NCBI GenBank assembly: GCA_045579045.1
Contig: JAZNLL010000027.1
Location: 4,724-68,723 of the forward strand
Length of the DNA: 64,000 nucleotides
From: Candidatus Avilachnospira sp.
GTDB taxonomy: Bacteria > Bacillota > Clostridia > Oscillospirales > Oscillospiraceae
Direction: 5' to 3'
Position 1 is the first letter of the stretch. The number at the start of each line of letters is the position of its first letter. The notes under the pieces are model-generated. The model did not search any database, had not been told where the DNA came from, and saw only the letters and a program-made list of their open reading frames with translations. Both the position numbers and the translations under genes were made by a program. Shown here in pieces: positions 39,397 to 49,060 of this stretch.

Positions 39397-40116
39397 ATGG
39401 ACATTTACAGCATCCGCAACGCCGCAGAATATCTCAGCGGCAACGAGTACCCCGGCCGTGGCGTCCTGCTGGGCAAAAGCCCCGAAGGCAAGGCAGTGTT
39501 TGCCTACTTTATCATGGGACGCAGTGAAAACAGCCGCAACCGTATCTTTACGGGAGAAGGCAAAGATGTGATCATCCACCCCTTCGATGCCAGCAAGGTC
39601 GAAGACCCCTCTCTCATTATCTATGCTCCTGTCCGCGTGGTTGGCAAGGAAGTCATCGTCACCAACGGCGATCAGACTGACACGGTCCGTGACCATCTGG
39701 CAGACGGCGGTAACTTCTACACCGCTCTGCAGACCCGCTGCTTTGAGCCTGACGACCCCAACTGGACCCCCAGAATCAGCGGTATTCTCCATCTGGGTGC
39801 TGAAGATTTTGGCTATGAGCTGAGTATCCTCAAGAGCCGTGATGCCGAAGGCGAAGCCTGCAGCCGCTACTACTACACCTACACCGCCAAGGCCGGTCTG
39901 GGTCATCTGATCCACACCTACGAGGAAAACGGCAACCCCATTCCCACCTTCCAGGGTGAGCCTCGCCGCATGGCTGTTCCCAGCGATATCGACGCCTTTA
40001 CCAAGGAGATCTGGGAAAACCTCAATGAAAGCAACAAGATTTCTCTCTATGTCCGTTACATGGATCCCGTCACCGGCGAATGTGAGAGCCGTATGCTGAA
40101 CAAGCACTTGCTGTAA
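39397..40116 (+). CDS. purO: IMP cyclohydrolase, PurO-like (archaeal type)
   Basis: YPGRGVLLGKSPEGKAVFAYFIMGRSENSRNRIF and size (239 aa) are typical of the PurO family. Confidence 0.7.
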   Translation: MDIYSIRNAAEYLSGNEYPGRGVLLGKSPEGKAVFAYFIMGRSENSRNRIFTGEGKDVIIHPFDASKVEDPSLIIYAPVRVVGKEVIVTNGDQTDTVRDHLADGGNFYTALQTRCFEPDDPNWTPRISGILHLGAEDFGYELSILKSRDAEGEACSRYYYTYTAKAGLGHLIHTYEENGNPIPTFQGEPRRMAVPSDIDAFTKEIWENLNESNKISLYVRYMDPVTGECESRMLNKHLL

Positions 40117-40128
40117 GGAGGTAAGAAC

Positions 40129-41313
40129 ATGAAAGAATTTGAACTGAAGTATGGCTGCAACCCCAATCAGAAGTCTGCAAAACTCTATATGCACGACGGC
40201 AGCGAGCTGCCCTTCACCATCCTCAACGGCCGTCCCGGCTACATCAACTTTATGGATGCACTGAACTCCTGGCAGCTGGTCAAGGAGCTGAAAGAAGCCA
40301 CCGGCATGGTGGCCGCCACCTCTTTCAAGCATGTCTCCCCCACCTCCGCCGCTGTGGGCAAGCCTCTGGACGCCGATCTGAAGAAGGCCTGCTTTGTGGA
40401 CGACATCCCCGATCTGGACAGCAATCCTCTGGCCTGCGCTTATGCCCGTGCCCGTGGTACCGACCGTATGTGCTCCTTTGGCGACTGGGTGGCTCTGTCC
40501 GACACCTGCGATGCGCTGACTGCATCCCTCATTGCCCGTGAAGTTTCCGACGGCGTTATCGCCCCCGGTTACACCGACGAAGCTCTGGAGATTCTCAAGA
40601 CCAAGCGCAAGGGCAGCTACAATGTGGTGGCCATTGATCCCAACTATGTTCCCGCCGAAGCCGAAAACAAGCAGGTCTACGGCATCACCTTCCAGCAGGG
40701 CCGCAACAACTTTAAGATCGGCGAGGAACTGCTGCAGAACATTGTCACTGATAACAAAGAACTGCCTGAAAGCGCCAAGATCGATCTGATCGTTGCCCTC
40801 ATTACCTTGAAGTACACCCAGTCCAACTCCGTGTGCTATGCAGTGGACGGTCAGGCCATCGGTGTCGGTGCCGGTCAGCAGAGCCGTATCCACTGCACCA
40901 GACTGGCAGGCTCCAAGGCCGATACCTGGTTCCTCCGTCAGCATCCCAAGACCCTGGCACTGCCCTTCCGGGATGATCTGGGTCGTCCCAACCGGGACAA
41001 TGTCATCGACGGCTACATCAACGGCAACGAAGAGGATGTCTGCGCCGACGGTATCTGGCAGAACTATTTTACCAAGCAGCCTGAGCGTCTGACCGACGAG
41101 GACAAGAAGGAATGGCTGGCCTCCCGTCAGAATGTGGCTCTGGGCTCCGATGCCTTCTTCCCCTTCTCTGACAACATCAAGCGTGCGGCTGCTTCCGGCG
41201 TCAAGTACATTGCTGAACCCGGCGGCTCCATCCGCGATGATCTGGTCATCGAGGAGTGCAACAACCGGGGCATCACCATGGCCTTCACCGGCATGAGACT
41301 GTTCCATCACTAA
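40129..41313 (+). CDS. purH: AICAR formyltransferase (PurH transformylase domain only)
   Basis: LKYGCNPNQ, SFKHVSP, VIAPGY, GAGQQSRI, SDAFFPF, GGSIRD motifs. No MGS/cyclohydrolase domain. Confidence 0.85.
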   Translation: MKEFELKYGCNPNQKSAKLYMHDGSELPFTILNGRPGYINFMDALNSWQLVKELKEATGMVAATSFKHVSPTSAAVGKPLDADLKKACFVDDIPDLDSNPLACAYARARGTDRMCSFGDWVALSDTCDALTASLIAREVSDGVIAPGYTDEALEILKTKRKGSYNVVAIDPNYVPAEAENKQVYGITFQQGRNNFKIGEELLQNIVTDNKELPESAKIDLIVALITLKYTQSNSVCYAVDGQAIGVGAGQQSRIHCTRLAGSKADTWFLRQHPKTLALPFRDDLGRPNRDNVIDGYINGNEEDVCADGIWQNYFTKQPERLTDEDKKEWLASRQNVALGSDAFFPFSDNIKRAAASGVKYIAEPGGSIRDDLVIEECNNRGITMAFTGMRLFHH

Positions 41314-41640
41314 TTTGATAATGCAAAGGCCGTAGGACAGTGTCCTGCGGTCTTTTTCTGTTGGTAGTTAAATTATCAACGATAGCTTGTCAGCCTCCGG
41401 CGGCCAATGCTTTTGGCAAGTCCCAAAAGCATTGGATGAAAAGGACTGTGGGGGAGAGCGTTGTCCGGATTTTGTGTTTGCTTCTGCCTATATAGTCGTT
41501 CTGCTTCCCGTCACAAAATAGCCACTCTCCCCCACACCCCCTCCCGGCACTCGTCGTTCCTCTGGGCAGTTGTCGAATGAGCATGAGAGAAAACACCGCA
41601 GAACACAAGTTCTGCGGTGTTTTTTTGCGGATTGTACATC

Positions 41641-41997
41641 TTAAGGCTGTTCAATGCTCCGCAGCAGTTCTTCTGCCGGAACATCGAACAGATTGGCCAA
41701 AGCCAGCAAATTGGATGTGGTCGGCTCGGAGGTTCCGTTTTCCCATTTGGAGACAGCCTGTCGGGATACACCCAGCTGCTCTGCCACAAATTCTTGGGTC
41801 ATATTGCAGCGTGTACGGTTTTCCCGTATCACTTCACCCAGACTTTTTCGTACCATGTGGGTCTGTTCATCAACTTTACCGGAACTCAGATACTTTCTCA
41901 ATGCCCGTATCAAAAGGACAATGAGATAGATGATCGTACCCCAGACTGCCACAAGAAACAGAAGTGCAAATATCCCACTTAATGTAGCGAAAAACAT
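41641..41997 (-). CDS. XRE-family HTH protein, possibly with N-terminal membrane anchor
   Basis: C-terminal MTQEFVAEQLGVSRQAVSKWENG HTH_3. The first ~32 aa are hydrophobic if the upstream ATG (AAAGGAG 11 nt upstream) is used. Confidence 0.6.
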   Translation of the reverse strand: MFFATLSGIFALLFLVAVWGTIIYLIVLLIRALRKYLSSGKVDEQTHMVRKSLGEVIRENRTRCNMTQEFVAEQLGVSRQAVSKWENGTSEPTTSNLLALANLFDVPAEELLRSIEQP

Positions 41998-42084
41998 TTA
42001 TATGTCAGCTCCTTTCGATGGTATCCTACCAAAAAGCACCGGTTGCGTCCACCAACTGTGGCGCAACCGGCAGTTGCTGAGCAA

Positions 42085-43020
42085 TTAACCGTGATGATAG
42101 ATGCGTTTTTCCAGAGCGAAGATTCGCTGAGAGAAGCCGCCCACAGGGGTCTTATCCAGATTTTCCCGGTAGATCTCCATTTTTGCATCGATATTATCGA
42201 TGTAGCAGAGCAATTCTGCCTCGGCGCACTGAGGAACCACCGCGGCACCGAATTCCGGCTGACCGTGATGGGAGAGGATCATATGCTGCAGGAGCATGGA
42301 CTTCTCTTCGGGAACATCCAGCAGGGTACAGACCTCAGCTGCCTCCTGTGCGCCCATGACCAGATGACCGATCAGCTGGCCCCTGGCGGAATACTCGGTA
42401 ACAATACCCAACTGAGAGGTGACGAATTCCTCCATTTTGGAGAAGTCATGGAGCAAGGTGCCTGCCAGCAGCAGATCCCGGTTGATGACGGACACATAGT
42501 GAGCAGAGAGAAAATCTGCCAGCACCATCATGTCATGGGTGTGCATCAGCAGACCGCCCACGAAGCCATGATGGACACTCTTCGCCGCAGGCAGCTTGCA
42601 GAAGCCCTGTCCGTGGCGGCGCAGGAACTCCATACAGACCCTTTTATAGTCTTCATCGGCCATGGACATGACCAAGCTTTCGATATCCTCATAAGCCTGT
42701 TCCCGATCCAGAGGGGCAACGGGTACCAAATCAGCCAGATCATAGTCGTCCTGTTCCGTTGCAAGGCGGATACGCTCCACCTTGATCTGAGGCATGCCCT
42801 TGAACTCCTGGAACACACCCTGCACCTTGACCACCTTGCCGTCATCGGCAGGACCGAGAGGGCCGAGATAGTCCCAGACCTTACACTCCACGGTCATGGA
42901 GGCATCTGCCAGAGCCGCTGCCAGATAGGGCTTGCCGGAGTTGGTCAGCTTATTGGATACATTTTTCAGAATATAAAAGCCGGTAAAGCTGTCGTTATAA
43001 TTCAAATCTTCCAGTCTCAT
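42085..43020 (-). CDS. yhaM: 3'-5' exoribonuclease YhaM-like (OB-fold + HD domain)
   Basis: ORF trimmed to ATG 43020 (MRLEDLNY). GKPYLAAALADASMTVECKVWD OB-fold and HHGFVGGLLMHT...LLHDFSK HD motifs. Confidence 0.75.
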   Translation of the reverse strand: MRLEDLNYNDSFTGFYILKNVSNKLTNSGKPYLAAALADASMTVECKVWDYLGPLGPADDGKVVKVQGVFQEFKGMPQIKVERIRLATEQDDYDLADLVPVAPLDREQAYEDIESLVMSMADEDYKRVCMEFLRRHGQGFCKLPAAKSVHHGFVGGLLMHTHDMMVLADFLSAHYVSVINRDLLLAGTLLHDFSKMEEFVTSQLGIVTEYSARGQLIGHLVMGAQEAAEVCTLLDVPEEKSMLLQHMILSHHGQPEFGAAVVPQCAEAELLCYIDNIDAKMEIYRENLDKTPVGGFSQRIFALEKRIYHHG

Positions 43021-43117
43021 AGTAACCTCGCACAATTTTAGAGTGGATTTATTATACAATAAATCTCTGCCAATCTCAATCTTTCTATGATACAATGGTA
43101 AAAAAAGGAGGGATTTT

Positions 43118-44485
43118 ATGAAGACATTGTTCCGCGGCGGCACAGTCGTCTCTGGCAGCGGCACCGCCAAACTGGATGTTTTAGTGGAAAATGAGACCAT
43201 TGCAGCGGTGGGAGAGAACCTCTCCTGTGATGATGCAAAGGTCATTGACATCACGGGAAAGCTCCTGTTCCCCGGCTTTATTGACGGTCACACCCACTTC
43301 GATCTGGATGTTTCCAACACCACTACCGCCGATGATTTCGCCTCCGGTACCAGAGCCGCCATCCGCGGCGGTACAACGCTGATCATCGATTTTGCCTGCC
43401 CCAACAAGGGGGAGACTTTGCAGTATGGGTTGGAGCTGTGGCACAAAAAGGCTGACGGAAAGTCCTCCTGCGACTACGGCTTCCACATGACCATCGATGA
43501 CTGGAACGAGACCATCAAAGCAGAAATTCCTGATATGGTCAAAGCCGGTATTCCCTCTTTCAAGATGTACATGACCTACCCTGCCATGATGATCGGCGAC
43601 AGGGATATGTTCTGCGCTTTGCAGGAGCTGGGAAAGCACGGCTGCATTGCCGGCGTCCACTGTGAAAACTCCGGTGTCATCGATGCCCTTATCGCACAGG
43701 CAAAGGAAGCAGGCCGCCTCTCCCCTGTCAGTCATCCTGCCACCCGTCCCAATGCCTTGGAGGCAGAGGCCGTGGCAAGCCTTTTGCGGATGGCACAGGT
43801 AGCGGATGTACCTGTCATCATCGTCCACCTTTCCACCAAAGAGGCCCTGGAGGAAGTACGGATCGCCCGTGCCAGAGGGCAGAAGGTCTATGTGGAAAGC
43901 TGCCCCCACTACCTGCTTCTGGATGAAAGCTGCTACAAGCAGGAAAATTACAGAGAAGCCGCCAAGAATATCTGCGCGCCCCCTCTGCGTACCAAAGCCG
44001 ATCAGAATGCCATCTGGCAGGCCTTGACCGATGGAACAGTGCAAACCATTGCCACGGACCATTGCAGCTTCACCCTTGCCCAGAAGGATGCAGGCAAGGA
44101 CGACTTCACCAAGATCCCCGGCGGCTTGCCCGGTGTGGAGACCAGAGGTATCCTCCTGTGGTCGGAGGGCGTTGCCAAGGGTAAAATTACTGCTTCTCAG
44201 ATGTGCAGCCTTCTTTCGGAGAATGCCGCAAAGCTCTACGGTGTCTATCCCAAAAAGGGTGTCATTGCCCCCGGCAGCGATGCAGACTTGGTCATTCTCG
44301 ATCCCGATGCCACGGGGGTACTGACGGCTGAAGGACACGGCTCCAAAGCAGACTATTGTCCCTATGAAGGCTGGCAGACCTCCGGTGTCATCGAACAGGT
44401 GTATCTCAGAGGTCAGCTTGCCGTGGACAAGGGTGAGATTCTCACTGAACCTGTGGGAGAATATGTACCGAGAAAGACAAATTGA
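43118..44485 (+). CDS. Dihydropyrimidinase / D-hydantoinase (cyclic amidohydrolase)
   Basis: GFIDGHTHFD, SFKMYM (carboxylated Lys context), VHCEN, HLS, TDHC motifs. Confidence 0.8.
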   Translation: MKTLFRGGTVVSGSGTAKLDVLVENETIAAVGENLSCDDAKVIDITGKLLFPGFIDGHTHFDLDVSNTTTADDFASGTRAAIRGGTTLIIDFACPNKGETLQYGLELWHKKADGKSSCDYGFHMTIDDWNETIKAEIPDMVKAGIPSFKMYMTYPAMMIGDRDMFCALQELGKHGCIAGVHCENSGVIDALIAQAKEAGRLSPVSHPATRPNALEAEAVASLLRMAQVADVPVIIVHLSTKEALEEVRIARARGQKVYVESCPHYLLLDESCYKQENYREAAKNICAPPLRTKADQNAIWQALTDGTVQTIATDHCSFTLAQKDAGKDDFTKIPGGLPGVETRGILLWSEGVAKGKITASQMCSLLSENAAKLYGVYPKKGVIAPGSDADLVILDPDATGVLTAEGHGSKADYCPYEGWQTSGVIEQVYLRGQLAVDKGEILTEPVGEYVPRKTN

Positions 44486-44519
44486 CAAAAAAATCCTCCG
44501 GCTCAGCCGGAGGATTTTT
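44486..44519. terminator. Bidirectional terminator
   Basis: AAAAAAATCCTCCGGC-TCA-GCCGGAGGATTTTTT. Confidence 0.85.
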
Positions 44520-44527
44520 TGCTTCTC

Positions 44528-45784
44528 TTATTCGTACAGAGGATACTTGTCGGTCAGGGCAATGACCTCACGCTTGATTTCTTCTTCATCATGCTGGAAG
44601 TCCTTGGCGGCCTTGCAGATCAGTTCGCCGATCTTCTTCATGTCCTCGGTGTTCATGCCGCGGGTGGTGACGGCGGGAGTGCCGATACGGACGCCACTGG
44701 TGTAGGCAGGCTTCTGGGGGTCGTTGGGGATGGCGTTCTTATTGACAGTGATATGAACCTCGTCCAGACGGGTCTCCAGCTCCTTGCCGGTGATGCCCAA
44801 GCTGCGCAGGTCGGCAACCATCAGATGGTTGTCGGTACCGCCGGTGACCAGATCCATGCCGTTGGCCATAAGGCTCTCAGCCAGAGCAGCAGCGTTATCC
44901 ACGATATTCTTGGCATACTGCTTGAACTCGGGAGTGTTGGCTTCCTTGAGGCAGACAGCCTTGGAGGCGATGACATGCATCAGAGGACCGCCCTGGGTGC
45001 CGGGGAACACGCCGGAGTTGAGCTTCTTGGCATATTCTTCGTTATTGGTCAAAATCAGACCGCCGCGAGGACCTCTCAGAGACTTGTGAGTGGTGGTGGT
45101 GACCACATCGGCATAGGGCATGGGGCCCATATGAACGCCGCCTGCAACCAGACCGGCAATGTGAGCCATATCCACCATGAACAGAGCACCATAGCGGTGA
45201 GCGATCTCACCCATGACCTTGAAGTCGATGGCACGGGGATAGGAAGATGCACCGGCAACCAGCATCTTGGGCTGATTCTTCTTGACCATATCTTCCACAT
45301 AGTCATAATCCAGTAGGCCGGTGGTGGGATTGACGCCGTAGCCGATGGAGTTATAGTACTTACCGGACATATTGACGGGAGCACCGTGGGTCAGATGACC
45401 GCCGCAGGCCAGGTTCATACCAACCAGGGTATCACCGGGCTGCAGGAGTGCTGCATAGACAGCCAGATTGGCCTGTGCGCCGGAATGGGGCTGCACATTG
45501 GCGAACTCTGCACCGAACAGATCCTTGGCTCTCTGGATGCAGATACGCTCGATATCATCCACATGGACACAGCCGCCGTAGTAGCGCTTGCCGGGCAGAC
45601 CTTCTGCATACTTATTGGTCAGAATGGTGCCCATGGCAGCAATGACAGCAGGAGAAGCAATGTTCTCGGAGGCGATCAGCTCGATGTTACGGCGCTGGCG
45701 GTGCAGCTCATCGAACATCAGGTCGGCGATCTCCTTGTCATAGTCCTTCAGAAAGCAGATGGTGTGAGCGTTGTTCTTATACAT
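44528..45784 (-). CDS. glyA: Serine hydroxymethyltransferase
   Basis: 418 aa. [33 protein letters not shown] (PLP lysine). Confidence 0.95.
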   Translation of the reverse strand: MYKNNAHTICFLKDYDKEIADLMFDELHRQRRNIELIASENIASPAVIAAMGTILTNKYAEGLPGKRYYGGCVHVDDIERICIQRAKDLFGAEFANVQPHSGAQANLAVYAALLQPGDTLVGMNLACGGHLTHGAPVNMSGKYYNSIGYGVNPTTGLLDYDYVEDMVKKNQPKMLVAGASSYPRAIDFKVMGEIAHRYGALFMVDMAHIAGLVAGGVHMGPMPYADVVTTTTHKSLRGPRGGLILTNNEEYAKKLNSGVFPGTQGGPLMHVIASKAVCLKEANTPEFKQYAKNIVDNAAALAESLMANGMDLVTGGTDNHLMVADLRSLGITGKELETRLDEVHITVNKNAIPNDPQKPAYTSGVRIGTPAVTTRGMNTEDMKKIGELICKAAKDFQHDEEEIKREVIALTDKYPLYE

Positions 45785-45814
45785 GATACAGTCCTCATTT
45801 CTGTTGATTTACAA

Positions 45815-46000
45815 AATAAAAAGCCCCGTGCAAACTCTGCCGGGACAAACATTTCCCCAAAAGGGAACTTGCTCTGTCCTTTTGCCTGAGAGATTCGGCT
45901 TTCGCCTTGCACCTTCGGCACCCATTTTCGGGATTCTCCAGAGTTTCCTATTCCGGCAGTCACCTTGGCTTCTGCCGAAAATCAAAGGATTTTTTCAATT
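45815..46000 (-). promoter_or_regulatory. Singlet glycine riboswitch leader with intrinsic terminator, upstream of glyA
   Basis: Promoter: -35 TTGACA (46036..46031), 17 nt, -10 TATAAT (46013..46008). Aptamer CUCUGGAGAA...UGCCGAAGGUGCAA...CUCUCAGGCAAAAGGACAGAG (45942..45871). Upstream hairpin GGCAG...CUGCC. Terminator GUCCCGGCA...UGCACGGGGC + U5AU4 (45845..45812). Confidence 0.8.
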
Positions 46001-46110
46001 ATACATTTATTATATCCGTTTTTCTATGATTGTCAATCGTTCGTCAGGAAAATACACAACTTTGGCAGTTTCGCACAGTTTTTACAGCGGTATTGTTCCG
46101 TATCCTTGGT

Positions 46111-46138
46111 AAAAGGGACGCCCATGGGCGTCCCTTTT
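46111..46138. terminator. Bidirectional terminator
   Basis: AAAAGGGACGCC-CATG-GGCGTCCCTTTT. Confidence 0.8.
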
Positions 46139-46141
46139 CTT

Positions 46142-48244
46142 TCATACCAACGGCAGGAAGATCTCGGCTTTGAAGAAATCGCCGTCCACAGTCAGTTCAA
46201 ACCGTCCCTTTTGCAGGGTCACAAGACTTCTGGCAATATTCAGACCCAGCCCGCTGCCCTCTGTGTGACGGGAGCTGTCTCCACGGACAAACCGCTCCAT
46301 CAGCTCTTCTGCATCCATGTTGAGAGGTTCTCTGGAAATGTTCTTCACAGCCAGTGCCGCCTGAGTTCCATCCCGTCTGCCGGAGACATAGACACGGGTT
46401 CCTGCCATGGCATACTTGATGACATTGTTCAGAAGATTATCCAGCACACGCCACAGGAGCTTGCCGTCTGCCATGACCGTCAGATCCTCCGGCAGATCCA
46501 AAATCACTTCCAGTTTCCCGGCTTCCAGTCTTTGCCGGTATTCCTCGATGGCCTGGCTGAGCAGCTCCCGGACATTGGTCTCTTCCAGTGTCACTGCCAT
46601 GTTGCCCGTGGAGGCTTTGGAGGCTTCCACCAAGTTTTCCGTCAGCCGCTTCAGACGCTTGGCCTGCCGATCCAGAACTTCCAGATACTGCACCTGCTCC
46701 GCCTCGGAATGGGGCTTCTGCAGCAGATCCACATAGTTGACGATGGATGTCAAGGGGGTCTTGATATCATGGGACACATTGGTGATGAGTTCTGTTTTCA
46801 GCCGCTCGGATTTCATCTGCTTTTCCACAGCCTTGGTCATACCGCCGGCTATGGCATTGAGGTTTTCGCCGTGTTCCTTGAAGTCCCAGTACATATAATG
46901 GGTATCGATCTGATGCTCCAGATCGCCATCCGCCATGGCTTTACCGGATTTTTTCAGAGTGTTCATCTGACCTACCATCCACAGCAGCGCCAGAAGAAGG
47001 AACAAATTGAAAAAAAGCAGAAAGAAGATAGGAATTACCGCATAATAGGCATTGACCAGCCAGATAAACAGCAGCAATTCCAGAAAAACCACAGCCAAGA
47101 TCGCAGCAGCAGCTCTGGGCACCATGCTAATGGATCGGAAGCCTTTGACAGCGATCATCCACAAGCCCTTGGTTTTTCTTCCAAGCCAGCAGATTACGTA
47201 CCAGAACCAGCGGAGGATATAAAAGCTCAGAGTGGAACGAATGAAGCAATGCAGCTTCAGCCGCAGGATGAAGGTCAGCAGCAGTTCCACTAAGAACAGA
47301 CCGCAGGCGGCTGCACCGGCACCGCAAAGGCTCACCGCCAGATAGAACTGCTCTATGGTGAGATTGTTGGTTCGCATATCCACCAACAGGACGATACAGC
47401 CAACAAACCCAAGGAACGCCAGCACACCCACTCCGAGGAGAATTTCAAAGGGAATCTTCTCCACAAAGGTGCCTTGCAGTTCCTCTTTTCCCGGTCTTCT
47501 GCCGGTCTGGATACAGAGGAAGATGACCGCTGCCAGCAGGCCGATCACGCACAAACCGAAGATCACAGGGGTACGGCTGCTCCACCATTGAAATTCCAGA
47601 TAGATCCGATAGGCCTGACCGATATAATCATCGTAATACCGATGGAGGTTCTGGGGCAGCAAAAAGAGCACCTGATAAGATGTTCCTTCGATCATCGCCT
47701 GGGCATCCTCCGCAGAATACCAGTTGCCGTCATTGCGGAAGCTGTTGCTGCCCTGCCACAGATTTCCACTGGCATCCAAGCCAAAGTAATAATCGCAGAC
47801 ATAGACATTTTCCAGAGGCGTATCAAAATCACCCAGACGCATATTGTAGTTGTATTCATAGAGAAAAGCATTGTCCTTCATATTCTTCGGGACTTTGATG
47901 TTCATACCTTCCGTATAGCTTTCCACCACTTCGCCGGTGGCTTCATCCAGAATGATAAACCGCAGATCGGAGCCTTCCAGCAGCCGCTGCCAGTTGGCTT
48001 CATCAGACTTTCTGTGATATTGATGGATGATTTCATTGCTATGCCGCCGTACCATTTCCGAACAGTGGTAGGTGGTTTGGAACTTCGTATCTTCATCATA
48101 ATAGTTTTCGCTGAGGCAATAGCCGATCACAAAAGCTGACAGGGTGCCGAAAGCAATGCACACCGCCATCAGCAGCCATGCCAGCAGCTTATAGCCCCAA
48201 GCGCTGGATCTGTATTTCATAAGCAACCTCTTTTCTGAAATCAA
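46142..48244 (-). CDS. Membrane sensor histidine kinase
   Basis: 700 aa, several TM segments, H-box SHDIKTPLTSI, HATPase_c (GSGLGLNIA). Confidence 0.85.
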   Translation of the reverse strand: MISEKRLLMKYRSSAWGYKLLAWLLMAVCIAFGTLSAFVIGYCLSENYYDEDTKFQTTYHCSEMVRRHSNEIIHQYHRKSDEANWQRLLEGSDLRFIILDEATGEVVESYTEGMNIKVPKNMKDNAFLYEYNYNMRLGDFDTPLENVYVCDYYFGLDASGNLWQGSNSFRNDGNWYSAEDAQAMIEGTSYQVLFLLPQNLHRYYDDYIGQAYRIYLEFQWWSSRTPVIFGLCVIGLLAAVIFLCIQTGRRPGKEELQGTFVEKIPFEILLGVGVLAFLGFVGCIVLLVDMRTNNLTIEQFYLAVSLCGAGAAACGLFLVELLLTFILRLKLHCFIRSTLSFYILRWFWYVICWLGRKTKGLWMIAVKGFRSISMVPRAAAAILAVVFLELLLFIWLVNAYYAVIPIFFLLFFNLFLLLALLWMVGQMNTLKKSGKAMADGDLEHQIDTHYMYWDFKEHGENLNAIAGGMTKAVEKQMKSERLKTELITNVSHDIKTPLTSIVNYVDLLQKPHSEAEQVQYLEVLDRQAKRLKRLTENLVEASKASTGNMAVTLEETNVRELLSQAIEEYRQRLEAGKLEVILDLPEDLTVMADGKLLWRVLDNLLNNVIKYAMAGTRVYVSGRRDGTQAALAVKNISREPLNMDAEELMERFVRGDSSRHTEGSGLGLNIARSLVTLQKGRFELTVDGDFFKAEIFLPLV

Positions 48245-48951
48245 AGCTCTCTGCCCGTTTGGGCAAACTTATAGCCCTGTCCCCAGACCACCTTTATGTA
48301 TCGGGGATTAGAGGGATCGATCTCAATTTTTTCCCGCAGATGGCGGATATGGACGGCTACGGCACTTTCGGAGCCGGTTCCGGTCTCGTTCCAGACCGCC
48401 TGATAAATCTGGGCAGAGGAAAAGACCTTTCCGGGGTTCTGCATGAGATGCCGCAGAATGTTATATTCGCTGGGGGTCAGATAGACCGGTTCTCCATCCA
48501 CGGTGACAGACTTGGCAGGATCATCCAATGTTACCGCACCGATGGTAATCACATCGGGTGCGCTGTTCTGACTGCCCAGCATGGTATACCGACGCAGCTG
48601 GGAGCGCACCCGTGCCAGCACCTCCACCGGTTCAAAGGGCTTGGTGATATAATCATCGGCACCTACATTGAGACCCAGTATTTTATCGGAAGTCTCACTT
48701 TTCGCCGTCAGCAGGATGATGGGCACATTGCTGTGGGTACGGACAGCGGCTGTTGCCGCAATACCATCCATCTCCGGCATCATGATATCCATGAGGATCA
48801 GCTGGATATTTTCCCTTTGGACGATCTCCAAGGCCTCTTTTCCGGTATAAGCTGCAAAAAGCCGATAGTTCTCTGAGGACAGGTAGATTTTCAAGGCTGC
48901 GACGATGTCGCGATCATCATCACATATCAGGACATTGTACAATTCTCTCAC
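48241..48951 (-). CDS. OmpR-family response regulator
   Basis: Receiver domain (DDD..., LILMDIMMPEMDG) plus winged-helix Trans_reg_C (VWGQGYKF). Overlaps the kinase start. Confidence 0.9.
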   Translation of the reverse strand: MRELYNVLICDDDRDIVAALKIYLSSENYRLFAAYTGKEALEIVQRENIQLILMDIMMPEMDGIAATAAVRTHSNVPIILLTAKSETSDKILGLNVGADDYITKPFEPVEVLARVRSQLRRYTMLGSQNSAPDVITIGAVTLDDPAKSVTVDGEPVYLTPSEYNILRHLMQNPGKVFSSAQIYQAVWNETGTGSESAVAVHIRHLREKIEIDPSNPRYIKVVWGQGYKFAQTGREL

Positions 48952-49020
48952 CTCTTGGCTCTATTGTAGCAAAAGTAATTTTAAGATAAAAGAGGGTGAA
49001 TTCTTAAGAAATGTTAAAGA

Positions 49021-49050
49021 AATGCCGGGGTACTACACCCCGGCATTTTC
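49021..49050. terminator. Terminator downstream of thrS
   Basis: AAATGCCGGGG-TACTACA-CCCCGGCATTT. Confidence 0.75.
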
Positions 49051-49060
49051 AAATCTGTTT

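Noticed and set aside
41390-41789. Small ORFs 41390..41608 and 41511..41789 (72 and 92 aa) in the structured intergenic region.
   Set aside because: There is no RBS, and the products are Cys/Gly/Arg-rich. They overlap hairpins, a terminator and the XRE gene. I treated the region as non-coding.
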